Virus record (IMG/VR): IMGVR_UViG_3300046518_000260 | Coordinates: 11,276 to 75,275 of that record | Source: a virus | Taxonomy: Duplodnaviria > Caudoviricetes | Length of the DNA: 64,000 bases | Strand: one strand, 5' to 3' | Part shown: in pieces, positions 16,678-25,370 of the stretch | Layout: the number at the start of each line of letters is the position of its first letter | How positions within the stretch are numbered: position 1 is the stretch's first letter | Notes under the pieces: generated by a model | Databases searched by the model: none | Seen by the model: only the letters and a program-made list of their open reading frames with translations | What the model was told of the DNA's origin: nothing | Program-made: the position numbers and the translations under genes

Positions 16678-16913
16678 AGTAACTCCCCTTTGCTTGGTTC
16701 CGCCTTGGCCGTGAAGCACGGGCAAACAGCGCAATGTTCTATTAAGATGGACGCCTTTAGCGGAGGCCACTTGAAATCGTACTGTCGCGTAACGCTGACC
16801 GGCATGGCATATGCAGGGACCGTGAAGCCGCAACTATAGGCCCAATTCTTCCGCACGCGCACAACGCCATCAGTGTCCGGCTTCGCCTGCAGATGGATGC
16901 AATGTTTACTCAC
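16674..16913 (-). CDS. Cys-containing hypothetical protein
   Basis: GTG start; HCIH...YSC...HCAVCPCF. Confidence 0.5.
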   Translation of the reverse strand: MSKHCIHLQAKPDTDGVVRVRKNWAYSCGFTVPAYAMPVSVTRQYDFKWPPLKASILIEHCAVCPCFTAKAEPSKGELL

Positions 16914-17271
16914 CGCCGTCGTCCTCTTCCGGTATCTGTGCCACCAAAGGCGCGGCGGTATCGCTGAACGCCCGGCTAGGGCGGATGCGGCTTTCGGCAT
17001 TGCGGCGCACTGGTCCGTCGGCGTCGAAGTCGTCTGCAAATACCACGTCGATTTCGTTGCTGGTAACTTGCCAGCCCGTGGCGCTCCGCCGGTCCGCAAC
17101 CACGGTCACGGGCTTGTCGCCTTGCAGGGCTTTTATCGCCTTGCTGTTATCCGTCGGGTGCTGCATCGCCGACATTACCATGACCGGCGCTCCATTTCCG
17201 AGATTGTTATACTTGTGCTTGAAGCCAAGGCAATCAGCGTAACTGCGGACCCAATACAGCGTCTTGGTCAT
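16906..17271 (-). CDS. Hypothetical protein
   Basis: GGAG RBS, ATGA overlap. Confidence 0.6.
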   Translation of the reverse strand: MTKTLYWVRSYADCLGFKHKYNNLGNGAPVMVMSAMQHPTDNSKAIKALQGDKPVTVVADRRSATGWQVTSNEIDVVFADDFDADGPVRRNAESRIRPSRAFSDTAAPLVAQIPEEDDGGE

Positions 17272-17471
17272 GTCGGCTCCCTGTACGAAACCCGCACGCG
17301 TTCTGGGAAAACATACCAGTAACGCTCTGGCGTTCTGGCAAGCTCACGCATGGCCTGAGCGCGCAAGTGGTCCACAAGTGGGCCGCTGGTCCTGCCGTAC
17401 CAAACGCCATTCTGGAGCCACTCCAGTAGCAGCGGTTCGGCCTTCACTGTTCGGGATGATTGTCCAGCCAT
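17268..17471 (-). CDS. Hypothetical protein
   Basis: Coupled ORF. Confidence 0.55.
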   Translation of the reverse strand: MAGQSSRTVKAEPLLLEWLQNGVWYGRTSGPLVDHLRAQAMRELARTPERYWYVFPERVRVSYREPT

Positions 17472-17641
17472 TCCTTAGCCGCTCCTATCAGTTTGAATTG
17501 CACCTTGGGGTCAGCCTGCCCGATAATGATCTCGGCAAACTTGCGCTTCATGCCGTCGGACACATCCGTGCCGCGCATCAGGTGTCGCCCCATGGTCTCA
17601 AGCGAACTATCGCTCCAGCGGGTCATAGGTCCTCGCTCCAT
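17444..17641 (-). CDS. Hypothetical protein
   Basis: Coupled ORF; start uncertain. Confidence 0.45.
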   Translation of the reverse strand: MERGPMTRWSDSSLETMGRHLMRGTDVSDGMKRKFAEIIIGQADPKVQFKLIGAAKEWLDNHPEQ

Positions 17642-18057
17642 GTGTCTAGCTGGTAGTAGAACGTTTCCGCCTGCTCCTGCTCGCTATAGGTACGGTGCCA
17701 GTCGTGTGACCAAACCTCCGGGCCTTCCAGTATATCGTACCGTAGAGCGAAGACCAGCCATCCCCAAGGGTAAACACCCATACCGGGCTCAAATCGCCTG
17801 TACTCGCCCCTGAGCAGCCCTTGTGCTGGTCGTGCCACGGTATGGCCGAACAAATTCTGCTCCGCCTCACGCAATATGCCAATGTGCACGTCCATGTCGT
17901 CAATGTATGCTGGCTCGCGACCGTCCCAATGGATGACCTTGTGCCAGACTTTGCCGACCATAACCGCTTCGATTGGGTCCATTTCAATCTTAAGCAGGTT
18001 GCCGATCTGGCTCGCTTCCTGCTCGAAAATCACCCGTAAATGTGTCAACCTGCCCAC
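17623..18057 (-). CDS. Hypothetical protein
   Basis: 144 aa, GGAG RBS. Confidence 0.6.
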   Translation of the reverse strand: MGRLTHLRVIFEQEASQIGNLLKIEMDPIEAVMVGKVWHKVIHWDGREPAYIDDMDVHIGILREAEQNLFGHTVARPAQGLLRGEYRRFEPGMGVYPWGWLVFALRYDILEGPEVWSHDWHRTYSEQEQAETFYYQLDTWSEDL

Positions 18058-18116
18058 GCTTGCTCACTCCAATTTCAAACGGAAGATAGGGCGGGTTTCC
18101 CCGCCCTTGTATCGTG

Positions 18117-19091
18117 TTAGACCAGCTCGCCCGTGTAACCTGCCATCTGCAGCAAGTAGTCCTTAACGTCAAGCTTCACCTTGGCAAGTTGCCCGAAAGT
18201 GGAGTTTGTCAGCCGGGCTGCCGGGCTACGGCCTGCAACGTGGTCGGCGTAGTGGGTTACGCCATTCAGCAAGCCCCAAGCGTTTTCCGGGATTGCGCCC
18301 GGCGCTGAAACAACCGAGTGCAGCACCTCAGCCAATACCGGGCTCTGTGCGTCTGGGTTGACCAGCAACATTTTCACGTCGCTGGCATGCTCGGCCATAT
18401 CCGGCTGGAAGAACGTTGCCAGCGTCCGCACAGTGTCGTAAGCCGACATCTGCAGGCTGCTAAGCGCTTCGGCTTCCATCTTGTGGACAGCCACGCTTTC
18501 ACGGGCAAAGGCAAACGTTTCCTTAGCCTTGGACATGTCAAAGTCCTTCATGTGGTTCTGCCGGTATTCGGTCGCGCCGCCACGGGCGTTTGCCATTGTC
18601 AGCGTATTCTGGCAAACCACGCGGACCATTGTGGTCATGGCGCGGATTGATGAACCGGGCGCATGGCTGTTCGAAAGCAGCACATAGCCGTTCACAGTGT
18701 CACGGCCTTTCAGGGTAAAGCCCTTGTTGATGTTCGCCAGCGCCCAAATGGTCTTCCCGTCGTACAGGCTGCCAGCGGTTTCCAGCGTGGCGCTACCAGC
18801 GTCCACAAAGTCCCGGAAAAATTCCATCAGCTCGGCGTTCTGGAAAGGCTTCCAGCCCGTCGAAGAAACCGAAAGAATGCGCTTGTCGGTGTCGCGGGTA
18901 ACGGCAACCTTGTTCGGCACGGCAACCTCTTCGTCGCCAATCTTCACGAACATCGGGTGCTGCGATACAGCCCAATCAAGGCCCGCTGCCTTGGTCATTT
19001 CTTCGATGGAAGCGCCCTGCTCCAGCTTGTTGCCAAGACCGTGCCACGGGGTTGCGCCAACGTATGCCATGGTTTCAACTTCTGCACTCAT
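18117..19091 (-). CDS. DUF932 / TIGR03299-type phage-plasmid protein
   Basis: ETMAYVGATPWHGLG, AGLDW, ETAGSLYDGK, LLSNSH, VRVVCQNTL signatures; own promoter TTGCAT-N17-TAGGTT (19172-19144). Confidence 0.85.
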   Translation of the reverse strand: MSAEVETMAYVGATPWHGLGNKLEQGASIEEMTKAAGLDWAVSQHPMFVKIGDEEVAVPNKVAVTRDTDKRILSVSSTGWKPFQNAELMEFFRDFVDAGSATLETAGSLYDGKTIWALANINKGFTLKGRDTVNGYVLLSNSHAPGSSIRAMTTMVRVVCQNTLTMANARGGATEYRQNHMKDFDMSKAKETFAFARESVAVHKMEAEALSSLQMSAYDTVRTLATFFQPDMAEHASDVKMLLVNPDAQSPVLAEVLHSVVSAPGAIPENAWGLLNGVTHYADHVAGRSPAARLTNSTFGQLAKVKLDVKDYLLQMAGYTGELV

Positions 19092-19337
19092 TTTCGTCAC
19101 TCCTGTTTTGCGACCTTCTCGGTTCGCCGTTGCCAATGAGAGCAACCTAAACGAACATGTCAGGAAATGCAAGGCAGTTTGCCAAGGTTCGGCGGTAATA
19201 GTTAATGAAAAGTTAACGGGCGTTTTAGGTAGGCGACGCGCCACGGGCTGGCACTAGCTAGAAAGGGCGGCAAACCGGCTAGATTGGCCCGTGACGCGCG
19301 TTAGCGGGCTAAGCGGTACAATGTACCCGCCAATACC

Positions 19338-19646
19338 TCAAACGCTACTGGAGGCCTGCTCGTTGGCTTCGGGCAGGTCCGGTAACAGTCCGAGGAATTC
19401 ACGTTCGTGATCGTTGCCAACATCGTCAGCGCTAAGGAACCAATTGTCGTAGGCTTCTACGATCGTGGCGTCGCTGTACGGCGCAATCTCTTCCTTGAAT
19501 TTGTAGCGCAGGTTTCGCACCAAACTTTCGTTCCGAAATTCCACCTGCTCAGCCGTCAGCCTTCCCCAATTTGGGTCGTGTGGGACAGGCGACATTTCCG
19601 CCAATGCCTTTTCCATGTGGGCCTTCATCTCTTCCGAGTTGGTCAT
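19338..19646 (-). CDS. Hypothetical protein
   Basis: AAGGAGG RBS. Confidence 0.7.
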   Translation of the reverse strand: MTNSEEMKAHMEKALAEMSPVPHDPNWGRLTAEQVEFRNESLVRNLRYKFKEEIAPYSDATIVEAYDNWFLSADDVGNDHEREFLGLLPDLPEANEQASSSV

Positions 19647-19762
19647 GCTGTCCTCCTTCTATGCAACGTTACTAAAATGCAAGGCAGTTTGCAACGCAAT
19701 AAACAACAAGGTATTTTACGCCTAAAGAGGTAGCCCGACATTTCAGCCGGGCTTGCCAAGTG

Positions 19763-20020
19763 CTAAGCGGTAATATCGTCAAACAGCGTGCCGCCGTTCG
19801 GCCAATCTGGACCAAAGCGCATCGCCATAAACGTCACCCCGTCGTCCCACGTGAAGTAAAGGACTTCGCCTGCTTCCAGCTTGTGCACGGTCGCGCCTTC
19901 GGCCTTGGCTGCATAGGCCACCCGCCAGTTAAGCAGGTAGTCTGTCAACGTGTTACCGCTGCCAAAGTCGCCATTAGCAAGCCGCGCGGACAGGTCCGCA
20001 TGCGTGAGCAGTTCTTCCAT
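19763..20020 (-). CDS. Hypothetical protein
   Basis: AGGAG RBS; promoter TTGTAT-N17-TAGACT (20076-20048). Confidence 0.7.
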   Translation of the reverse strand: MEELLTHADLSARLANGDFGSGNTLTDYLLNWRVAYAAKAEGATVHKLEAGEVLYFTWDDGVTFMAMRFGPDWPNGGTLFDDITA

Positions 20021-20088
20021 AATATCTCCTATGTTGTTAACCTTGACAGTCTAGCAACCGCCGCTGTAAAATACAAGGTATTTTATTA

Positions 20089-20122
20089 AAAAAGAAAAGC
20101 CCGGCATTTGCGCCGGGCTTGT
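20089..20122 (-). terminator. Intrinsic terminator
   Basis: AAGCCCGGC/GCCGGGCTT stem followed by a T-rich tract on the minus strand. Confidence 0.75.
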
Positions 20123-20139
20123 TGGTGCAGGCTTGAAGG

Positions 20140-21054
20140 TTACTTGGCCTTCTTGTCAGCGGCAGCCTTGTCGGCAGCGACGGCGGCTTCGGAAGCAGCC
20201 TTGTCAGCGGCAGCCTTTTCGTCGGCAGCGGCCTTGTCGGCAATCTTCTTGTCTTCCTTGGCCTTCTTGTCGGCGTCAGCCTTGGTCTTCTTTTCGAGAT
20301 CGGCAGCGTCCTTTTCGGCCTTCTTCTTGGCCTTGGCTTCTTCTTCAGCCTTGGCCTTTTCGCCGGCGACGGCTTCGGCACTGACGCGGGCTGCATCGAG
20401 GGCAGCAATCTCGGCAGCGCGCTCTTCAGGCGTTGCGCCAGTCAGGAACACGATGTTGCCCTTGTCCAAGTCGTACTGCAAGTCCACGTAACGACCGCCA
20501 CCCGACTTCGTCAGGTATTCCTCGGTCGTGCAACCCGGATTTGCAATGATGTATTGCAAGGCATTGATGCCGACGCCCGTGCCGCCAATTCGGCGGCCGT
20601 TCAGGGCAGCGCCGGACCGTGCATAAAACTTGTTGGAAAGCGGCGAAGAACGGCCTTCGGCGGCTGCCTTGTTGGCCTTTTCCTTCGCAGGCTTCTTGGT
20701 CTTCAGCGCCGAAGCAAGCTTTTCGGTTTCGCTGGAACCGGCAGCCGGTGCAGCCTTCATGGAAGCCGCAACTTCCGTCAGCTTTTCAGCAAGCGCAGCC
20801 GAACCGATCTTGCGGTCCTTGAAACCGGCAACCTTCTTCGGCGCAATCTTGTTGTACGCCTCGACGATCGATGCCAGCGTAATTTCGTTGTCTTCGGCAA
20901 TGCCTTCAGCCGTGGTGATCGGTGCCTTGTCCGGGAAAGCCGTGGTAAAGCCGTCCTTGCCGTCAAGTTCGAGGAAGGCGCGAATTTTGACGCCATCCCA
21001 AGCTACGAAAAATGCTGCCGTTGCTGCCGCTGCCGTCGTTACGATATCATTCAT
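20140..21054 (-). CDS. Putative abundant DNA-binding protein with Lys/Ala-rich (histone H1/TolA-like) C-terminal tail
   Basis: GGAG RBS; strongly biased codons; central wHTH-like segment (GINALQYIIANPGCTTEEYL) and AADKA-type repeats; own promoter and terminator. Confidence 0.7.
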   Translation of the reverse strand: MNDIVTTAAAATAAFFVAWDGVKIRAFLELDGKDGFTTAFPDKAPITTAEGIAEDNEITLASIVEAYNKIAPKKVAGFKDRKIGSAALAEKLTEVAASMKAAPAAGSSETEKLASALKTKKPAKEKANKAAAEGRSSPLSNKFYARSGAALNGRRIGGTGVGINALQYIIANPGCTTEEYLTKSGGGRYVDLQYDLDKGNIVFLTGATPEERAAEIAALDAARVSAEAVAGEKAKAEEEAKAKKKAEKDAADLEKKTKADADKKAKEDKKIADKAAADEKAAADKAASEAAVAADKAAADKKAK

Positions 21055-21289
21055 TGCCGTTACTCCGTTGGGTTTGGTTTGATTTGTCGGCCTCGTTTGC
21101 CGCCGATGACCATACTTATAATCCATTCTCCGAACATTGCAAACGAAAAAATGGCCTCGGGCAAATTTTTCAGCAACTTTGGCCTAAGCCTTTGTTTTTG
21201 TTCGCATAAAACTTCACTCCCCTGCATTTGCCACACGGCCCACGGCCCCAAAGTGACGGGCTACACTCTATATATACATGAGAGCTGAT

Positions 21290-21520
21290 ATTTAAAATTG
21301 TTCATAATTTTATGTAAAATACAACCATTGGGGAATTAAGTAAAATTGTAGAAATAGTTTAATGAAAGTTTTATCATTTACAGATTGTCTAAAACTTTAT
21401 CAATTATGATTTAAGTAAAAGTTTATCAATTAAAGTTTATCTAAAATTGTATCAAACTGCCTTTTATTAAAATTGTATCTATCAACTATGTGGCATTTTA
21501 TTAAAATGCAATCTATCAGC
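21290..21520. repeat. AT-rich tract with 26-bp-period iterated motif (origin-like)
   Basis: TAAAA(C/G/T)TT(T/G)ATC-like units at 21364, 21390, 21416, 21442, 21468; abuts a very GC-rich block at 21520-21630. Confidence 0.65.
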
Positions 21521-21848
21521 TTTTGCTGCGCCGCAGCACGGCCTTGCCGCCGCCCGGTTGCCGGGCCTGCCTCCCGCGAGCGGGCGAGCGCGGCGCACGG
21601 AGCGGGGAAACCGGGGCAGCGGCGCGCGGCTGATATAAAGCGCTGGGAAATTAGATACAGTGAGCGATCAATGACCATGGATATTACTAGACGCAGCTCG
21701 GCCCGACGCACGGCTTCCGGGGTCCAAGGGGAATGTGAGCGTCGGGCCTAAATATATCTGGGCGTAATCCGCAACAGATGGTTCGCATGATGCTTCGGGT
21801 TCTATGGGCCTCACCTGACCTTTCTATTGTCAGAGCAAACTTGGGGCA

Positions 21849-21919
21849 AAATCAGACCGGCCATTCTCTCCGGAGAAAATCAGACCGGCCATCGATCGCC
21901 AGGAAAATCAGACCGGCCA
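21849..21919. repeat. Three AAATCAGACCGGCCA repeats at exact 28-bp period
   Basis: Units start at 21849, 21877, 21905; same unit and period as 10081-10179. Confidence 0.9.
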
Positions 21920-21920
21920 T

Positions 21921-22664
21921 TCAAGTTGAAACTTTATCGGCCACCAGCCCGGCAATCAGTTTCGCCTTGGCGGCTTTGAAGTCTTTTTCCCGTTCGCCGG
22001 AAACGACACCGTCAACCACACTCTGCGCTTCTGCGACAATGGCCCGGCATTCAAGCATGACGGAAACTTCAACTTCGCTGAGCACGAACTTGAAAACATT
22101 CTCCGGGATCGGCTCGTGGTAGTTGAACCTACCGCTGACTTCCCATGTCATTTCATAGTCGCCAGGATGCGCATAGGTAGTCGAAGATTTGGCAGGCTTC
22201 AACCGAGCAGGATCGTACTTTTTGACCGGCTCAGCGATAGCATCCCAATCTACCACTAGAGGTTCAGGTTCAGGGGCGAACGGAGCTCTGTTCCATTCTT
22301 CCAATGCATAGTCCAGCGCTTCGGCGAAGTCGCGGGCCTTCTTGATCGCTCTGGTGTAATTGTTGATCTTGAAATCAGAGTTCAAGTTGACCGTAGCGAT
22401 GATCGCTTTCCCGGTTAACGCCGCTCCAAGCTCGACGAGGGTGCCGCTATGTGCTTCACCCTGCTCGCGGAACAGAATGAAAATGTCACACTCGGCAGCT
22501 TCACTGATGCATGCTGCCCAAAGGTCGTCCCAATCGTGGGTGCTTCCGGGCTCAGCTTGATCGATCCAACTTGAAACGATCCTGAAACCGTCTGCACGCA
22601 GATCGCGCCAGCGCTGTGCCCATGTGGCCTTGCTCGCGATATAAATCTTTGGCCGCTTGTCCAT
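21921..22664 (-). CDS. Nucleoside 2-deoxyribosyltransferase-like N-terminal domain plus unknown C-terminal region
   Basis: KIYIAS...SSWID...ISEAAECDIFIL...SGTLVELGAA pattern. Confidence 0.65.
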   Translation of the reverse strand: MDKRPKIYIASKATWAQRWRDLRADGFRIVSSWIDQAEPGSTHDWDDLWAACISEAAECDIFILFREQGEAHSGTLVELGAALTGKAIIATVNLNSDFKINNYTRAIKKARDFAEALDYALEEWNRAPFAPEPEPLVVDWDAIAEPVKKYDPARLKPAKSSTTYAHPGDYEMTWEVSGRFNYHEPIPENVFKFVLSEVEVSVMLECRAIVAEAQSVVDGVVSGEREKDFKAAKAKLIAGLVADKVST

Positions 22665-22665
22665 T

Positions 22666-23406
22666 CTATTCTCCGATCGCAACGTTATGATATTTGTCGT
22701 CAATGTCGTTCAGCAGCACGGCGACGAACTCTTCCAGCCCAGAGCCAGGCACCAATTCCACAGCACGAACTTTCTTGTGCCATTTGGCTGTGATCATTGC
22801 CCGTGCTTCAAGAAGAGCCTCCAACTTGCCGTTGCGCTTGGCGTCTGTCTGTGTAGACTTGATGGCTGCCAACGCCACGCGGGCCTCAGGAGGCTCAAGC
22901 CCCAACTGGATGACATTAACAACGGAGATCGGCATGGTATCGCCGAATATTGCCGCTACATCTGCTAACGTCAGCGGTTGCTCAGCTGCCTTTGGTTCAA
23001 GCTCGTCACTTGATTGGGGCTTCGTCGACCATTTGTGATGCCACATGAACGCAAGGTAGATCGCAACGTCGCGCGGGTCGCCTTTGTCAATATGATGGAA
23101 CATGCCGCGCCTGCACGAATGCTCCCAATTATCTTCCTTCCACCCTTCTGGATGGTATCCGTACTTCTCTTGCGCCGCGAACGCCTTCTGCTTCAATGCT
23201 TCTGCGAATTCATCGATAAGTGTATCGATCGGCCAGTCTGGAACACCCTTGGGGAACTTGTCCAAGAACACCTTCCATTCAGGCCATTCTCGGTCGAGCA
23301 CATCCCATTCGCCATGGGTCCATGCGCTGAGGAAACTTTGCACTTCAGAACCGGTTACAAGGGCGAACTGAAGAGCGGCATGTATATTTTCGTAAGGGTG
23401 GCTCAC
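22666..23406 (-). CDS. Mosaic phage protein with all-alpha conserved domain
   Basis: FAEALKQKAFAAQEKYGY...HHIDKGDPRDVAIYLAFMWHH, a motif I recall from Ead/Ea22-like prophage proteins. Confidence 0.6.
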   Translation of the reverse strand: MSHPYENIHAALQFALVTGSEVQSFLSAWTHGEWDVLDREWPEWKVFLDKFPKGVPDWPIDTLIDEFAEALKQKAFAAQEKYGYHPEGWKEDNWEHSCRRGMFHHIDKGDPRDVAIYLAFMWHHKWSTKPQSSDELEPKAAEQPLTLADVAAIFGDTMPISVVNVIQLGLEPPEARVALAAIKSTQTDAKRNGKLEALLEARAMITAKWHKKVRAVELVPGSGLEEFVAVLLNDIDDKYHNVAIGE

Positions 23407-23408
23407 TG

Positions 23409-23894
23409 CTATCTCCCAAGGATGTAGTCAGGTCGACGGGCATTGTTCGGCGGACAAACAGCCAGGATGCGCCAACCGTCGTCGAGTTTCTTTTGCACGT
23501 CTTCTGTGCAGGCGTCGTCCAGCCACGTGACATTCTTGATCGCCATTAGCGCGAAATCTGGAATGGTTATCTGCACCGCATGACCGTTCATCAGCATTCT
23601 GGCTTTATCACCATACTTTTCATCAGCCGTGATGCGATCATGCATGCGGGTCAGCATGGTGCCTTTGTACGGCTCTGCCGTCATGGCTATGCCGCCTTCA
23701 AACAACTCCATGTATTCCGGCCACATCAGGCGCTCTGCGCTCCAATGATGGTACGCCGCCTTGTCTTCGGCTTCGACCCACTCAGCGAGCGATTTATTGT
23801 CACGCTTTATAGTGGGCCAGATATTATAGAACAATTCTTTCTGTTCTGGCGTGGACTTTTCATACCAGCCATAGCTCGGCGATACTATCAACAT
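23409..23894 (-). CDS. Conserved phage hypothetical protein
   Basis: C-terminal DACTEDVQKKLDDGWRILAVCPP...RRPDYILGR. Confidence 0.65.
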   Translation of the reverse strand: MLIVSPSYGWYEKSTPEQKELFYNIWPTIKRDNKSLAEWVEAEDKAAYHHWSAERLMWPEYMELFEGGIAMTAEPYKGTMLTRMHDRITADEKYGDKARMLMNGHAVQITIPDFALMAIKNVTWLDDACTEDVQKKLDDGWRILAVCPPNNARRPDYILGR

Positions 23895-24187
23895 TAGAAT
23901 GTCTCCACGATGCCATATTGGTCGAGGCCAAGCGTTGCATCGACCAGCGGTTGCGGCAGGTTCTTGTTTTCCAACAAGTGTTTGCCTACGACAAGCGCCA
24001 TCTCTTCAATAGCCTCGACAGTCGCCGGGTAGCTGTCGAGCGCGTCAGCCCAAGTGATGACGTCTGCCGGGCCAACCGGTTCGCCTGTGACCGTGTCAGT
24101 CTCTTGCTCAACGACCGGATCGAATTCGTACAGGGCTTGCGCAAGGCGTTTATACCTTTCATTCATACCAGTTAAGTCTTGTGTCAT
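23894..24187 (-). CDS. Hypothetical protein
   Basis: Coupled ORF. Confidence 0.55.
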   Translation of the reverse strand: MTQDLTGMNERYKRLAQALYEFDPVVEQETDTVTGEPVGPADVITWADALDSYPATVEAIEEMALVVGKHLLENKNLPQPLVDATLGLDQYGIVETF

Positions 24188-24842
24188 AAGGCTTAATCTC
24201 CTCTACTTTGACCATGGTCTGCCAACGGTCTGTGCTGTCACCAAACAATGACATTTGACCGTCGTACTTTACATTCAGGACGCGCTTGCGGGTGAACCAT
24301 ATCACCGCCTGCAATTGGTTTGGGATCAATCCCAATTGGTTCGCCAGCCGCTTGGTCGTCGATGCGACTTCCTTGTATACGCGCGGGCTGACGATGTTTT
24401 CCTTCATGGTTCCATCGTTGCCGCGATAAGCGCCGACCATGTGCCCGTCAATAGTGACGAACTCCTTGTGGTCCGGAAACAAGATATTGTGATAGAATGC
24501 CCGTATCTTAGGCCCACGGGCCGTCAGAAGAAAGTCTTGCTGCTTTGTCACGTATGCATAGGCCCTGTCACGGCAGCCCTTGTAGGTGGCAACCGTAATG
24601 TCGTCAACTTGCGCGCCTCTGCGCACCCCTTCCAGCACACTGATAAGTGACCGGAGGTTCCCCAAGTAGTCACTATTGGGGCTGAGCGCGACGAACGCTG
24701 CCGTCACTTCCCGCACGTCATGACCGTAGACTTTGGCGATTGAATGCATCATCTGATGATACCGCCAATACGCCAACTTACCTTCGGTCAGGTCAGTGGT
24801 GTCCGCCTGCTCGAACATCCGTTTCAGGTTAGCGTGGCTCAC
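24159..24842 (-). CDS. DUF7178-like protein (putative HhH/glycosylase-like fold)
   Basis: AAFVALSP...N, GPKIRAFYHNI...VTIDGH, QLQAVIW motifs. Confidence 0.6.
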   Translation of the reverse strand: MSHANLKRMFEQADTTDLTEGKLAYWRYHQMMHSIAKVYGHDVREVTAAFVALSPNSDYLGNLRSLISVLEGVRRGAQVDDITVATYKGCRDRAYAYVTKQQDFLLTARGPKIRAFYHNILFPDHKEFVTIDGHMVGAYRGNDGTMKENIVSPRVYKEVASTTKRLANQLGLIPNQLQAVIWFTRKRVLNVKYDGQMSLFGDSTDRWQTMVKVEEIKPYDTRLNWYE

Positions 24843-25123
24843 CCGAGTAACAACTGTGCTTTTCGTTCATCAAGGTCAATGGCCCCAACAACGTCACCCG
24901 TGCACAGTCGGCCGAGTGCGTCCTGGAACAACTGCCCGGTCCAGCTGATATGCGCCAGCCGGGTTGCCGACTTCGTGGTTGCGCCGTCCATCATCAGCCG
25001 GACGAAGCCGCTGCCTGACTTTGCATACAAATATCCATTCCAAGTATACAGCTCGGTCTGGGAGTAAACTCCGTTCGTGACCAAGATAGCCGCTTCGCCT
25101 TCAACCTGCTTAAAGAAACTCAT
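24839..25123 (-). CDS. Hypothetical protein
   Basis: ATGA/GTGA coupling. Confidence 0.6.
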   Translation of the reverse strand: MSFFKQVEGEAAILVTNGVYSQTELYTWNGYLYAKSGSGFVRLMMDGATTKSATRLAHISWTGQLFQDALGRLCTGDVVGAIDLDERKAQLLLG

Positions 25124-25287
25124 TGTTTCGCCCTATGGTCCGTCTGGACATCAGTGTTAATAGTCTTGCCTCTTGGGTCTGTAAGGCATGTCGTCACCGT
25201 TGCCAAAATGAACAATAGGACAATGGCCGCTAGCCATTTCCAAATATTTACTTCGTGAGGATTGCGACGACGCCAAACGCCCATCAT
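25120..25287 (-). CDS. Small single-TM protein (55 aa)
   Basis: AGGAG RBS; MMGVWRRRNPHEVNIWKWLAAIVLLFILATVTTCL...; below the ORF-track cutoff. Confidence 0.5.
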   Translation of the reverse strand: MMGVWRRRNPHEVNIWKWLAAIVLLFILATVTTCLTDPRGKTINTDVQTDHRAKQ

Positions 25288-25370
25288 TAATCTCCTGTTA
25301 AAAGCCCTGTCGGCGAGTGCCGTACACCGACAGGGCTAGTCCTAGGCCGGGTTGAGTTGGAGAGACCGAC

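Noticed and set aside
20554-21288. Plus-strand ORFs of 150-244 aa
   Set aside because: Antisense shadows of the codon-biased Lys/Ala-rich gene.
10081-21919. 28-bp-period arrays as CRISPR arrays
   Set aside because: Repeats of 15 bp and spacers of 13 bp are far too short, and no cas genes are present.
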